This document shows positions 39,384 through 53,930 of a stretch of DNA of 64,000 nt, piece by piece. Made by a program: the position numbers and the translations under genes. Below the pieces are notes generated by a model. The model had not been told where the DNA came from and ran no database searches. It saw nothing but the letters and a program-made list of their open reading frames with translations. Each line of letters opens with the position of its first letter. The stretch's first letter is position 1. Location: contig JAPETS010000041.1 of the NCBI GenBank assembly GCA_026023565.1, positions 62,001-126,000 of the forward strand, written 5' to 3'. Source of the stretch: Cirrosporium novae-zelandiae. Lineage: Eukaryota.

Positions 39384-42300
39384 CTTGGGCTTTGGCCTTT
39401 TTTTTGACACCTTACGAAATTTGCGGCTATTTTGAAAGTCAATGAGGGGGGGGGTTGTGGATTCCTTGGGAGCAGCTGATGTGTGCGCCTTTCACTAAAA
39501 AAGTTACTGGCTGTGCCTCGAGCTCAAAGTTCCTGTTCAGACTTCGTCCCAAGGAGATTTGATTCAATGTGGTTAATGCACCGATAGAGAGAGAAAAGTC
39601 GAAAATTTAGGAGGAACCAAGGCGTGTTCTGACTAGTGTTCTGACAACCCAAGGTGCGGGACCCAAACCCAAGAAAGCGTGTGCACCAGAGGGAACGTCA
39701 CAAAAAATTCCCTTGAACTTCCCTTGGGGGTATCCCTAAGGTATCAATACTTGGAAAGTACTTGGAAGAGACTTGAAATACCTTTGATCTAGTCAATTCT
39801 AGTTCAAACTTAAACCGTGAACTTCACGAGTCGAGGTCAATTCAATTTAAACGAGAATTGACAATGTCGAATGTCGGCTCCGAAATTGTCGATAGAGTTT
39901 CGCTGCACAACCCTTCTCTGGAAAATTTCAAATGCCGTGGGGCAGAAAAAAAATATCAGGGAAAAAAAACCTGAGGCTGGACAGTTCAGACTACCTCAGG
40001 CTTTTCTGGTGGCCGAGAGTTATCGAACTTGATGTCGATCAGGCTGTTGTTGATGGATCTAGTAGGTGGTAGATGACGGTAGTACTAGCAGCACGTTGTA
40101 CGGGATTATTAGTATCGAATACGACCGCCACTAATAATAATATGGGCCGTTTTAGAGTGAAAGGGTAGGTATCAAAGGTATCAAAGGTAACAAGTATGGG
40201 GTATAGACTATAGTATCCAAGATACAAATCCCTCCCCCCAACCGTTTGTCCTTCGACTGCTCTTCTTATTTCACTTGGAACTGCTTGAAACGGGTTTGAA
40301 CCTGCAAGAAGCCTACTCAATCCTACTGGTCTACGAAATTGCAAAGGTCCTTTGACAGAGTGAGAGGCAGATATACTCTAGAAAGTACGAAAGGTGAAAA
40401 AGTGAAAAAAAGAGGTCGACCAAGTGATGGAGTGTGTGAGGTTGTTGTCTCTTTGCATATCCCTCTGTGCAGGGGGTCCGGGGGTGTAAAAGGTCTGGTC
40501 GGGTAAAGCTGGTTTTGGTTTCGTGGTTTTCCAATCTTTTTCGTTTGACCGCCTTCCGGCTTCGCAAGTCGCAAGTCACCAAAATCGCAAGGACCCAGGT
40601 AGCCAACCCCAGCAAAGGAATCCCAGAAAATCCCAGAAAATTCCACTGCAAAGTCAAACTTCTAAACTTCTCCCCCCCCTAGGCAGGGGCCCCGGCTATA
40701 ACCCCAGCAGAATGGCAGATGTCCTGCGTTTTGTGTGGTGCGTGCTTTTCAATAATACTAAGGGAAGTAATGTCTGATATTCCGATTCCTGCTATGCCCT
40801 TAAGCTGCTGCGTGCAGCCTGTAGCGTGCAGCGTGCGGTTACCTATCCCGAGTTCCCACTGACCAGACAGAGGAAGCTTTGGGGCTAAGAAGGATGATGG
40901 TGACCAGCCGATGACGCTGGCACTGGCACCACTGACTGTCTCCCACCCACCACCTACTTTTGGGCACCCTCCCACGAGTCAAGGCCCGCTCAACTTAACG
41001 CTGCTAGCACTATCACTATTCAGGAGTAGTCGACCGATTGTTTCCCTGTTTCCTGGCTCGTACTTGGTACCTTACCGACGTCAACTCGGTAAGGCAGGTA
41101 GCGCGTACGGATGGAATCTGATAATGGAAGAACGGATGACTGGTTCTTGCCCTTTGAGTATTCAACTACCACCCGTAGCCGTAGCCGTAGCCGCAGCCAC
41201 TGAGCACAAACGAGATGGGGTAGAAAGAGTACAAGCAAATAATGATAGCGATTAATGCCGAGTTGTTGTTGTTGTTGTCGTCGTTGTTGTTCTTACGGTG
41301 TATGAGAGTTCCAATAATAATACCAATGATGATGACGATGATGTCGTGAATTGTACTGAGAAGAAGCCTCAGTTCTTCCGTCGATCGCCACCTTCCAAAT
41401 CAACTACCTAGTGGAATCTTGAATGTCGCAACAGCTAGCCGTCACGTGAGCCGAAAACAAATCCTTGGTAGGATTTTAACCAAAGTTCTGAAAAAAATCA
41501 GACCAGGATCGAATGAGGATAACCCCGAAGCTGTCTGCCGCCTGTCTGCCGCGAGCGTTGATTTATGAATCTGATGCTGATTGTTGATTGCACTAAATCC
41601 CAAATAATGCCAGATTAAATGCCAGATGGAGCCTTGGTGGATCTTGACGTCGCAGGCTTCTCCGTGATGATTAACAATTATTAAAAACTTTGATTGAATT
41701 GTTCCAATTGATACTTGAAATTTGATGATTACTCCCCGGCAAAACCTCGCTGCAATTTTGGTCTGCAATTTGTCCGTCCCTTTTCTTGGATATTAAGAAC
41801 GGTGAATGGCGCCAAGGAAGGGTGAATTGTAAGAACCTGGAACTGCTTGTGACTATGTCTGACGATATGCAGATGTGCCAGATGTGCCAGATGACCGACA
41901 ATGATGCTGATGCTGATGTGGTTATGAAACTATTCCACCAACATTGAATTTTGAGGGATGAAAATTTTGGCCCCTCTTTTGTGTTTTTTTTTCTTTCTTT
42001 TTCTTCTCCAAAATACCTAAAGTTCGTTCTACTAGAGGCCTTCCAAAAGGCGGTATCCCTGATTTCACTGCATCAAATAATGTACAATACTCATGCGGAT
42101 AAAAAAAAATTTAAGCTTGTTGTTTGTCGACCAGCCCAGTCCCAGCGACCTTGAAAGCCTATAGGCCTATAACTCTGTATAGCAAGGGCAATCCCCGGAG
42201 AATACTGATTCCAAATAGTCGCTTGTTGAGACAATACGTACAGCTACTTCGTAACAAGGCTTCTGGAAGTGTCTTGAACTCTCCTCTTCATGCCTTAAGG

Positions 42301-44720
42301 GAAGGAGAGTTTGATGAAACTTTGAATCTCGGCAAGTGTAAAAATTAAAAAAAAAAAGTGTCTGAGTCTCATGCAGGGAGAAATAGTGAATATGACGATT
42401 TGACGACAAAGTACCGAGGCCGGACTGATCAACTCCAACTTGTCTCTCGTTTAAAGGTCGTTAGCGGTTCCCCCTGAGAATCTCGGGTCGTCTTTTGTCC
42501 AGTGCCCAAATTTCCGTAACCGCGAATTTAGGATTTCGCAAATAGGCAATTCGCAATTCAACTCAACTCCCGCCGCTTCAGGCTTCAGGGGTGAAACTAT
42601 GGAGATCTCAGATGGAAGGCCGTGGTCTGGTAACCTGCCAGTCTGGGTCGGCACAACTGAACTTTGGTTCTTGGTTCAAAGAGTCAAAAAAGGCCCAGCC
42701 ACAACAGACCGAAACCTAACGCAAGCAATAGGATTAGCTATTCACTTTCTTGCTTCTACCACTAATATCCTGTACACAAAGACTTAGAAATCATTTTTTT
42801 AATTCAAACTTTCTAGTGTGGGGAGGGAACCTTCTTGGGGTAATCCGAACGCGAAAGAGATGCCTATGGTAACATGGAAAAAGTCCAATAACGGATATAC
42901 ACGCCGGCTATGCCGAATGCCCGCCGTCAATAATTTGAGGTAGACAGCGCGACCAACTTATCAATATGATGATGATGACTTCTATTAGATATATCCTTGG
43001 TGACAACCAATAGCCGCATGGAAGGCAAGGAACACCTTGTTCAATGGGGGAAGTGTTCGATGTATCGCACAGAGCAAGGACCCTACGTCTGTGTCCTTGA
43101 TGGACTGTGGAGAAGAGTTAGGATGATCTGACTGCTGAGACTAGAGACAACAACACAAGTTCGAAGTTGGGTGCAGCAGTGGATGATTGACTTTTTCCAG
43201 CAGCATACAATGTGAAAACTGCCAATGGGCCCTTGCACGTTTGGTCTAGCCAAGGTAGGTTTAGGACTTGAACGAGAGGATGAGGCTGAATCTATGGATA
43301 AACTCGAAGGAACAGTCAGTAGAATCATCGAAGGATGTCAATCCTGGGCCGGACCATGCAGCTAAAAGATAGTATCAAATACAGAACAAAGATGACTTTC
43401 AAGATAACCAAGGTCTGGTGCAAGGAGCGGAGGATGGCCGTATTTTTCTACTCAATAACAGGGAATCGTGCTACAAGTCCCCCAGGCGCTATTCTACGGA
43501 TTATAGGACTTATCATGAGGCAGTGGGGATGGAGAATCTGGCACCTTGACAGCAATCGAACAACGAGAGGACGCAATGTGTGCTGTGCCATCATGCATCC
43601 ACGCGAATGATGCTGATCCAAACATGCTGATCCAAACATGGACGAAGGGGCAGAAAAGCACATTTCCGCAGTAGCGATCCGATAGAGAGAAAAGTCTGAC
43701 CCAAGAAAAACCTAGAATTCAAGTGAGAGAACAATCGACGTGTTACATTCTCAACAATACTACATAATATGCCTGTCAGAAAGCAAGACTCGCCATTAGA
43801 TATCCAATTCTCCGTCGGCAGAGCCTCGCTGATTATGGATAGGCGGGGCGAATGTTCCGCTTCGCGTGTCTTGAGTAAACTCTGATATAATTGACGGTGC
43901 TAAGTGGCGGCTATTGCAGTACTTGCTCCACACCATGCTGGCAGGATACATGAATGAGATGTGAGAGGAGCATAGGTGGATTTACTCATGGTGTATGAAA
44001 GTACTCTGAACCTGATATTTTATGGTAGGTATGTGCGGATATTTGCACAATCCGTTCCCCGGTCACCAGGATGATTGTGGTTCGTGGCAGGTTGACCCTA
44101 CTTCAGGCAAGTTAGGAGCGCGATATGTGAGTGGAGGATATGGCGGAACAATGTTTCTCTACAGGCTTGGAATACGGTCAATCACCGCATATCAAAGTAA
44201 TTAAATTAAAACAGATTCGTATTCTTGTTTCGAGCATCCAATGAGTCAATGAAAGTGATGATTCATGAGTTGAATCAGATAGGGTGCCGTGTGGGTGCTA
44301 CTGCGGTAAGAATGCTAAGAATACTCCGAGTCAGTAATCTAATATGGGTTTGGAGCAAACATTAAGTGAAAAGTTCTTAACCCTTAGTGGATTGCGGGGA
44401 CTAGAAGGTTTGGAGATTTCCATGAAATAGAAAGTCCAAGGTAGAGAAATAGTCATCAATACAAGTTGATGATGGATAAATCTCCGATTGATGGTTGAAT
44501 CTTAGAGGTCAGCGGTACCTTAGGTACTTATTCAAACGAGCTATTTTGCGAAACGAAGAGCTAAGACGTTTTTTATTTTTATTTTTATTTTATTTTATCA
44601 ATCATCCACGAGATTGACAGATGATAATGATGATGGATCCAAAAGTGTCAATAATAATTTCGCTTCATTTCTTGTCATTTCATAGATCGATGGTCCAATC
44701 GATAGTTAGATAAGTGAATA

Positions 44721-44768
44721 TGTATGTATGTGTATGTATGATGTGTGTGTGTATGTACGTATGTATGT
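44721..44768. repeat. (TATG)n/(TG)n microsatellite
   Basis: tgtatgtatgtgtatgtatg...tgtgtgtgtatgtacgtatgtatgt. Confidence 0.8.
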
Positions 44769-44893
44769 AGGTAAGTACATGTCTCTTGAATTTTGAGTCT
44801 GAAGTCTCACCGACATTTACCGCTTTGACCTTTTCTTTTTGCCCATCCCCCTCTTCCAAAATTGGATGAAATCAAGCCTGCTGTCAAATGGTC

Positions 44894-44938
44894 AAATCAG
44901 TAAATCAGCAAATCAGCAAATCAGCAAATCAGCAAATC
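44894..44938. repeat. 8-bp tandem repeat (AAATCAGC), about 5.5 copies
   Basis: aaatcagt aaatcagc aaatcagc aaatcagc aaatcagc aaatc. Confidence 0.9.
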
Positions 44939-46568
44939 GCCTCCCCAGTCCTTCACTCTCAGTCAAGCAGTCAAACAGTCTCGCCCTTCTTTCCTTTATT
45001 TCCTATTTGCCGGGGCTGGCTCCTTGTTGGAGTGAGAGAGATGGTAAAAGGAGGTCATGTGTGAATTCACCCCATGTGCATAAAAGCATTATTAAATCAT
45101 AGACACCGTAACGTCGCAAGGAATCCGATGGAATGACGGCGTAAAAGTTAACAGAGTTAAATTTCCTTCGGATTTGTTGCTTGTCTGGGAACCCCCCCTC
45201 CCTCTCCCTTCAGAGTACCCTTCCATGCCTCCCTCCCCCCACCACTACCATTATTACTACTACCAGCACCAGCACCACCACCATAATCATCCAATGCTAA
45301 TTTCCCTCAGCTACCTGCCACTCCTGGCGATGCGAAAAACCAGGCTGCATCCGAAAATGCCGCGAGCAAAGTCACAATCCCATGCCGCCTGTTGTGAATG
45401 ATCCTTTTCCATTCGGTCATATGACCTGATGCCTGGAGTGGTGTGTCTGCTTGATACTCTGTGCCGTCCAAGCTCGAGGGGGCAAAGATTAATGAGGATT
45501 GTCGCTTGACCTTCAAAAAAAGAAATAATGGTGGATGTCCTTTTGTTCTTTTTCTAAGTTGTTGGAAAAGTTATGGTCGACTTTTGATAGCTCAAGATGC
45601 TAGCGGTTCCAGCATTGCGGATGAGCGATTCCAAAAGCCTCAAAGTCGACACTTTCTTTTCCCAAGACGGGAAAAGTCTGAAGCTACGAGGTTGTGCTAC
45701 TTCACAAGCGCTTCTTTTACTTGGACCTCACCTCTCATCTTGGTTGTTACAGTCATTCAAATCACCGTTTGGATCATGTTATCCGAAAACTACACTTATA
45801 CCTGCAAAGTCCTACCAATTCCTCGATCGCAACACCATCACTGTCTGTATAGTAAACACCTACATATCCTCCTCCGGAACTCCAGAGGACAATTTGCCTT
45901 TTCCATAAGTAGCATCATTCTTCATCTCCTGATGATAGTAGGCTACCTATTATATGCTGGGTGGTTGATGGGAATCAAGTGCAGATATCCCACAGTGTAA
46001 GAAGTAACAGAACGATATCTGATCGAGGATTCAATTGACTAAACCACTGTACAACATTTTCGAAGATGATGGCCTGTAACACCCGAAGTATCGCTAATCA
46101 ATATAGCCGGGAAACGAAGTAGAGATTAAGTGTGACACTTCGTAGACCGTGTTACAGCGGTGATGCTGCTCAACTAACCTCGTCAACTACCAAGACTGAA
46201 GGAAGGAACCAAGTGCTGAAAATAATTGCCATTCCAATTAAATATATTCATTGGCCCAATCACCTACATAACCCTATCTGATGCTTTTGTAAGAAAAGAG
46301 CACACAAAGTGCCACATACGCCATTTAGAAATGACAAGATCGTGACCCTAGTCACGGATATTTGTCTAACCATGATCTTCTAAGAATTCCTCTTGCAATA
46401 TGGCCACCTAACTGGTCACTGGTGGAGGACAAGATGAGCGAAACTTAGCCATGCAAGTGATGCCCGAGTAATAACAGGGCAGTAAACGCCTGAATCATAA
46501 AAAGCCAGTCTAGACAACGCCAGAAGAGCGAATAGCAGAAATCTATGGGGGTATCCCTGGACTAGAGC

Positions 46569-49068
<2,500 letters not shown>

Positions 49069-50190
49069 CGTGATGAAAGTGAACTTCGAAAATATCGAAA
49101 AGGTGAGCAGAGACTTTCACACGAATAAGTTGAAGGGATAGCGCTGATTGTACAGTCTTCCCGTGATTAAAGAGAAGGTGAGAAGATAGAAAAGAAGATG
49201 GTGTTGAAGAGTGAAGATGGAAAGAAGAAAATTTGGTTGTTCCTGAACTTTTTGACAAAGTCAGACATGGACTAGCGGCGGCTCTTGTTCCCTTTTTGCC
49301 ACTTTCGCTTAGCCTTGTCAAGGCACTTTCCCGTTCTAGGATTGTAGTAGTGAAGGGTAAATACGAGCACAGTATCTTCTAATGAGATCTTGGTCAAGCA
49401 CTTAGGAATTCTCATTTGGTGTGATATACAAGTTGTTGAGGGTGCGGAGTAGCTAATAAATCGGAATAGACTATCACTAATTTTCCTTTTGATTGTTATC
49501 TAATTACCTTAATTAATGTCTACTTTAGGTTCGCTATATCTTAGAATATCTAGAATATCTGTTAGGAAGAATGAGCTGCATTTTGTCAGCCTCGTTATCA
49601 AGTATTTCATTCAGACAACGAAAATAGACTTCACTTGTAACATTGTATTCAATTATTCCATTAATAGATTCCTCCACGACTCTAAGCATGCTGTTGAAAG
49701 CATGTATGGGTATCATCGTCATCATTCATCCATATTCCGTCACAGTAAGAAAAATCTAAATACTTGCAGGAAGTCTAATCACCTGTAGTAGAATAGTAGA
49801 AGAAGAAAGCGTGTTTTATCCGTTTGCCAGTGTGACCTTGATCTGAGACTTCACAATGATCATTGCATGCAGCTCAGTTGATGATGCTGAATACTTTCCA
49901 CTATGCCAACCAATAACTTTTCTTTATCTAACCGATCCCCAAGAGGCTGAAAATAAAATAAGGGATCACAATAGAACTAGGGAAGGAGGGCATCCATCAA
50001 GTTACTGAGGATGCTTTTGAAACCTAAAGGTATCCATCAATTTTAAACAATAACGCCGGCTAATGCTCTTTTGGGTTGAAAACAAAGAGAGGGAACGCTT
50101 AGGTAAGACCTTGGTAGAATGTTGAATCATAAGTGACAGTTGAATGGTAGGATCATGCTTGGCATAACCTGGAAGCTCAGCAACCGAATC

Positions 50191-52123
50191 TTAGTTCGAG
50201 AGCGTTTCTACCCCATTTGTATGAGCCTTATCCTCTGTTAGCCCGTGGCCATTCACAAGAACTTTGTTATCCTCAAATGGTTGCCCAAGCCTTGGGACTT
50301 CTAGACCACGAAAGATCTCGAAGATGCCATGCGTGTCATGGAAATCATTGTTCACTAGTAGCAAATGACGATTAGTATGTCACTCGACAATCGGAAAATA
50401 GTGAGAGAATATAGGGTTGAATACCAATATTGACAAGATACCAAGTCTGCATGATTCGATCGATCAGATGACGACTAGGGCTTGAGACTGGATAGCATTT
50501 TGCCCAGTCCGACCCCAGCCGGAAAGCCTCGTCTTTCCAGGCAAGAAAGCTAACGGTTTCTACAATGGTCGGTTGGACAATCTCCTTTCCTGGAAAAACG
50601 CCCCAAGTTACAGCATTTGGGCCGTCGCCGGACGCATTAGTTTTGAGGTCACCGTTTTGATTGACAGCATGATAAGTAAGATCAGGACTGGCTTCGATAC
50701 GTCGTGTAAGCTCGGGCATAACATCGGGCGATATGAGAAGCTCTAGATATGCCTTCTGATAAACATACCCATTCGCAGGACCCCATCCATGGATGGGATG
50801 GGAAGACTCGATACCGTTAATTGCGGGCTGGGAGTTAATGGTAAGCATGCCACGGCAATTGATCTTTAACATGTCGTCTTTGATGGAGTTGACCTCACTC
50901 GAGATAGGCGTTTCACTCCAGGGTAAACGATCAATATCCTTCTCCAAATATTTGACAAAGAGATTTGTGATGTCTTTTATAGTTTTCGGTTCTCCCCAAA
51001 CTTTCCTATTCTGTTCGTTTGTGCCTTTCAGGCTGATATTGTAGGAGTCAAGCTCTCCAAATGCTGGAGATCTCGAATCACCCCATCTGCCGTTGGGGAA
51101 CTCATCCCAGTCCTGAGTGCGAGCCACATATGATTTATTCCGGTTTCTCCAAAAGATTGGACGAACATCTTCTTCTCGGCGATGGAGACCCAAAGATTGA
51201 CGCCATGGAAGAGGCTTTCTTAATGGCGATTCAGTGGATGGGGTTAACTCAAGCTCCTCAAGTACCATCCTTGTCGCTTGGGCCAAATTCATGGTATAAA
51301 AATGTAAATGCGTTATACCAGTATCGATGATTTTGCGGCACATATCTGCAATTAGCCCTTTTCCAACTTCCCTCACTTGAGCGTCATCGTTCTTGACCGG
51401 CTCTAGGGCATTAATCCAGTGCAGAGGAACGTCGCATTTAGTCCAATCTGCCCTCCGTTTGAACGAGTTGTAGGTCTGGATAGGCATAATACCTGGAATA
51501 ATAGGAACGTTAATGCCTTTCGCGCGACATTTTTCAACCCATGACAAGAATGTGTTCACATTGTAAAACATCTGAGTAATAATGAATGTTCCACCAGCAT
51601 CGACCTTCTCCTTAAGATGATCTAGGACAATATCAGGATCCCCCTGGTCTTCATATCCTTCGGGATAGCCGGCGACTCCAATATCGAAGTGATTTCCATA
51701 ATGGTCTCTGATATATTTCACAAGATCCTTGGCATATTGGAAGCCTCCTTCTTTAGCCTCCCATTTTTCCTTGTCCCGGGGAGGGTCTCCGCGAAGAGCA
51801 AGGATATTAGTACAACCTGCATTATATGCAGCCTTAAGAGCTTGATCAACTTTCTCTTTTTCCATATCTGTGCACGTCAAATGCATGCAAGTCTCTAAGC
51901 CATACACGCTTTGAGCAACGTTGACCATTTCGCAAGTCAACTGGGAATGGCGCCCACCAGCGCCCCACGTAATGTCGATGAAGGTTGGGCCTAAATCATG
52001 CATTCGATCCATCCGGTCATAGAGATTTTGGACACCCTGTGCTGTTTTTGGGGGGAAAAACTCGAAGGAAAAGGTCGCCCTGCTCTTCCCACGGGCTTCT
52101 TCGAGCTGTTGTGTAACATGCAT
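50191..52123 (-). CDS. MET13: Methylenetetrahydrofolate reductase; intron 50355-50424
   Basis: FSFEFFPPKT, MHLTCT, LALRGDPP, AGYPE, TQMFY, HFYTMN; regulatory domain WDEFPNGRWGDSRSPAFG and NAVTWGVFP. Confidence 0.96.
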
Positions 52124-53014
52124 CTCGACTTTTCTTTATCCTGTCTAAGTAGCACCTATGGATAAATCCCTCTCATTAGCTATGAGAGATTGAATTGGAA
52201 TTCATCATTTCAATTTTCAAGTATATGGAACAATATAGCAAATAGCATAACAACTTGTCGCAAAAACAATAATTTTGAACGGGTATGTTCTAACTGGTGG
52301 TAAAGTGGGAGTAAGGTAGAAGTAAGCAGACACACCTCAAAATTGTCTAGAAATTTGTGTTTGTAGTCACCGAGACACAAACCGCCTTCAACGCTCCTCC
52401 AAGCACTATCCAAGATATCTTATTCGGGCCCAACGATCTGCCAGCTCCCGCGACATGGACCACAGTTTGTATGATGATATCTGACAATTGGAAGGTAGTC
52501 TCTCACTTAGCAAATGTAGCGGGATTTGGTTGGGGGCGGCACTACGTTTTAACGTCGTGGAAACTCGGACTTCCCCAAAACAAAACCCTGCTAGTTAATG
52601 GAATGAGGTCAACGATGCATAAAGTCCTGCAGCTTAAGTACTTTATAGTCTATATTTTTGAATTCTGAAAAATCCATTCCTTCAATTCACAGAAGTAATC
52701 CAAACAATACCTTTCCGCATACGAAAGGAAAAGTCAAAGCCTGCATTGATTTGAAGTTTTCAGCATTGTTCTTTGATGCTCACGACACTGCACATACACG
52801 AGGTCTCTGGGGTACGCCTGGTTGGTGGTCAATTTATTACTATGCTTGTACTTCTCCTACACTGTGATTGGTCTGTTGTTCCGAACTACCAGCCAAACCA
52901 TCCTTCCTTTCAAATGTACTCCGTAGACTTCCTACTTTGAAAATCAACAGATTCAATCTCCCACCCCCCGCCAAATAACCAAGCAACACTACTCTCTCCT
53001 CTCAAGTTTTCACA

Positions 53015-53630
53015 ATGGTATACAGCATCTTCCGAAGAAGCCAATAGTTCTATATGTTAAGAAAATGTTGGTGTAGGCTATCCAAGGTTATCGCGGTGTC
53101 CAACCTTGGACGCAAAAAGCAAACTACAACACCTACAAGTCTCCATATGGCCCTAGGTACGTTAGAGCCATTACCTATGTTTATAATTATAAGGAAGCTT
53201 ACCGGTTCGATATCAATATATAGTTACAGGACTGTTCCACACTTCCACGGCATCAATGCTAGGAGCGCAATGCAACTGTATGTTTTTCCCTTTTACCCGG
53301 TGAACTTCGAGTCCTTCCGTTGTATGCCCCGTCTTCTATATGACTGGAGTTTGTTCTAGTTGATTGGGAGATAAAGATAAACAAGGACATCATGAAGTGC
53401 GCTGACACTGTACCAGTGGCTTCACTGCCGGGTCTTTTGGAGCTGTTGCAGGCGTTTTTGCTCTCTATTTCTTCTCAGACGTGCCACGAGTAAGGCATGA
53501 TATACTTTCGAAGGTGCCTTTCATTGGCTCATTCTACGTCCGTGAAATCCCCCCCGAGGACAATGTGAGTATTAATACCTCTTCCTTGAAGGAACAATTG
53601 TACTAATTGAAGTACCTACAGCCTTTTTAG
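53015..53630 (+). CDS. QCR10: Cytochrome bc1 subunit Qcr10 (97 aa); exons 53015-53017, 53077-53156, 53224-53277, 53417-53564, 53622-53630
   Basis: Spliced MAIQGYRG...YKSPYGPSYRTVPHFHGI...GSFGAVAGVFALYFFSDVPRVRHDILSKVPFIG...EIPPEDNPF*; exon lengths sum to 294 nt. Confidence 0.88.
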
Positions 53631-53930
53631 ATAGAGCTTTAGACCTTTGGTCTATTATTGTGTAATTAGGCTATAAATGAAGCTGGTGCCATTGTATCAA
53701 GACTGTTCCGACTGTACTAGGTATAGATATCTTCGTAGAACATTTTACGTAAGAAGGTAGTCAAATATCAATGTTTAGCTGAAGTAGCCTATTTATTCTA
53801 CAGCACCCAAATCCAGACCTTCCAGATTAACGCCACAAGGCTCGTAGACCTCTGACACCAACATGAAGCATCACATACAGAGAAGCTCTAACCACACAAG
53901 AAACTCCTGAGAGGTTTATATAAAAACAAT

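Noticed and set aside
44894..44938. CRISPR-like or telomeric array
   Set aside because: Simple 8-bp tandem repeat with no spacers, and not TTAGGG-like
45461..46000. 179-aa ORF, and other 60-115-aa ORFs between 38.4 and 46 kb
   Set aside because: Mostly non-ATG starts, no recognisable domain, and no coherent exon structure
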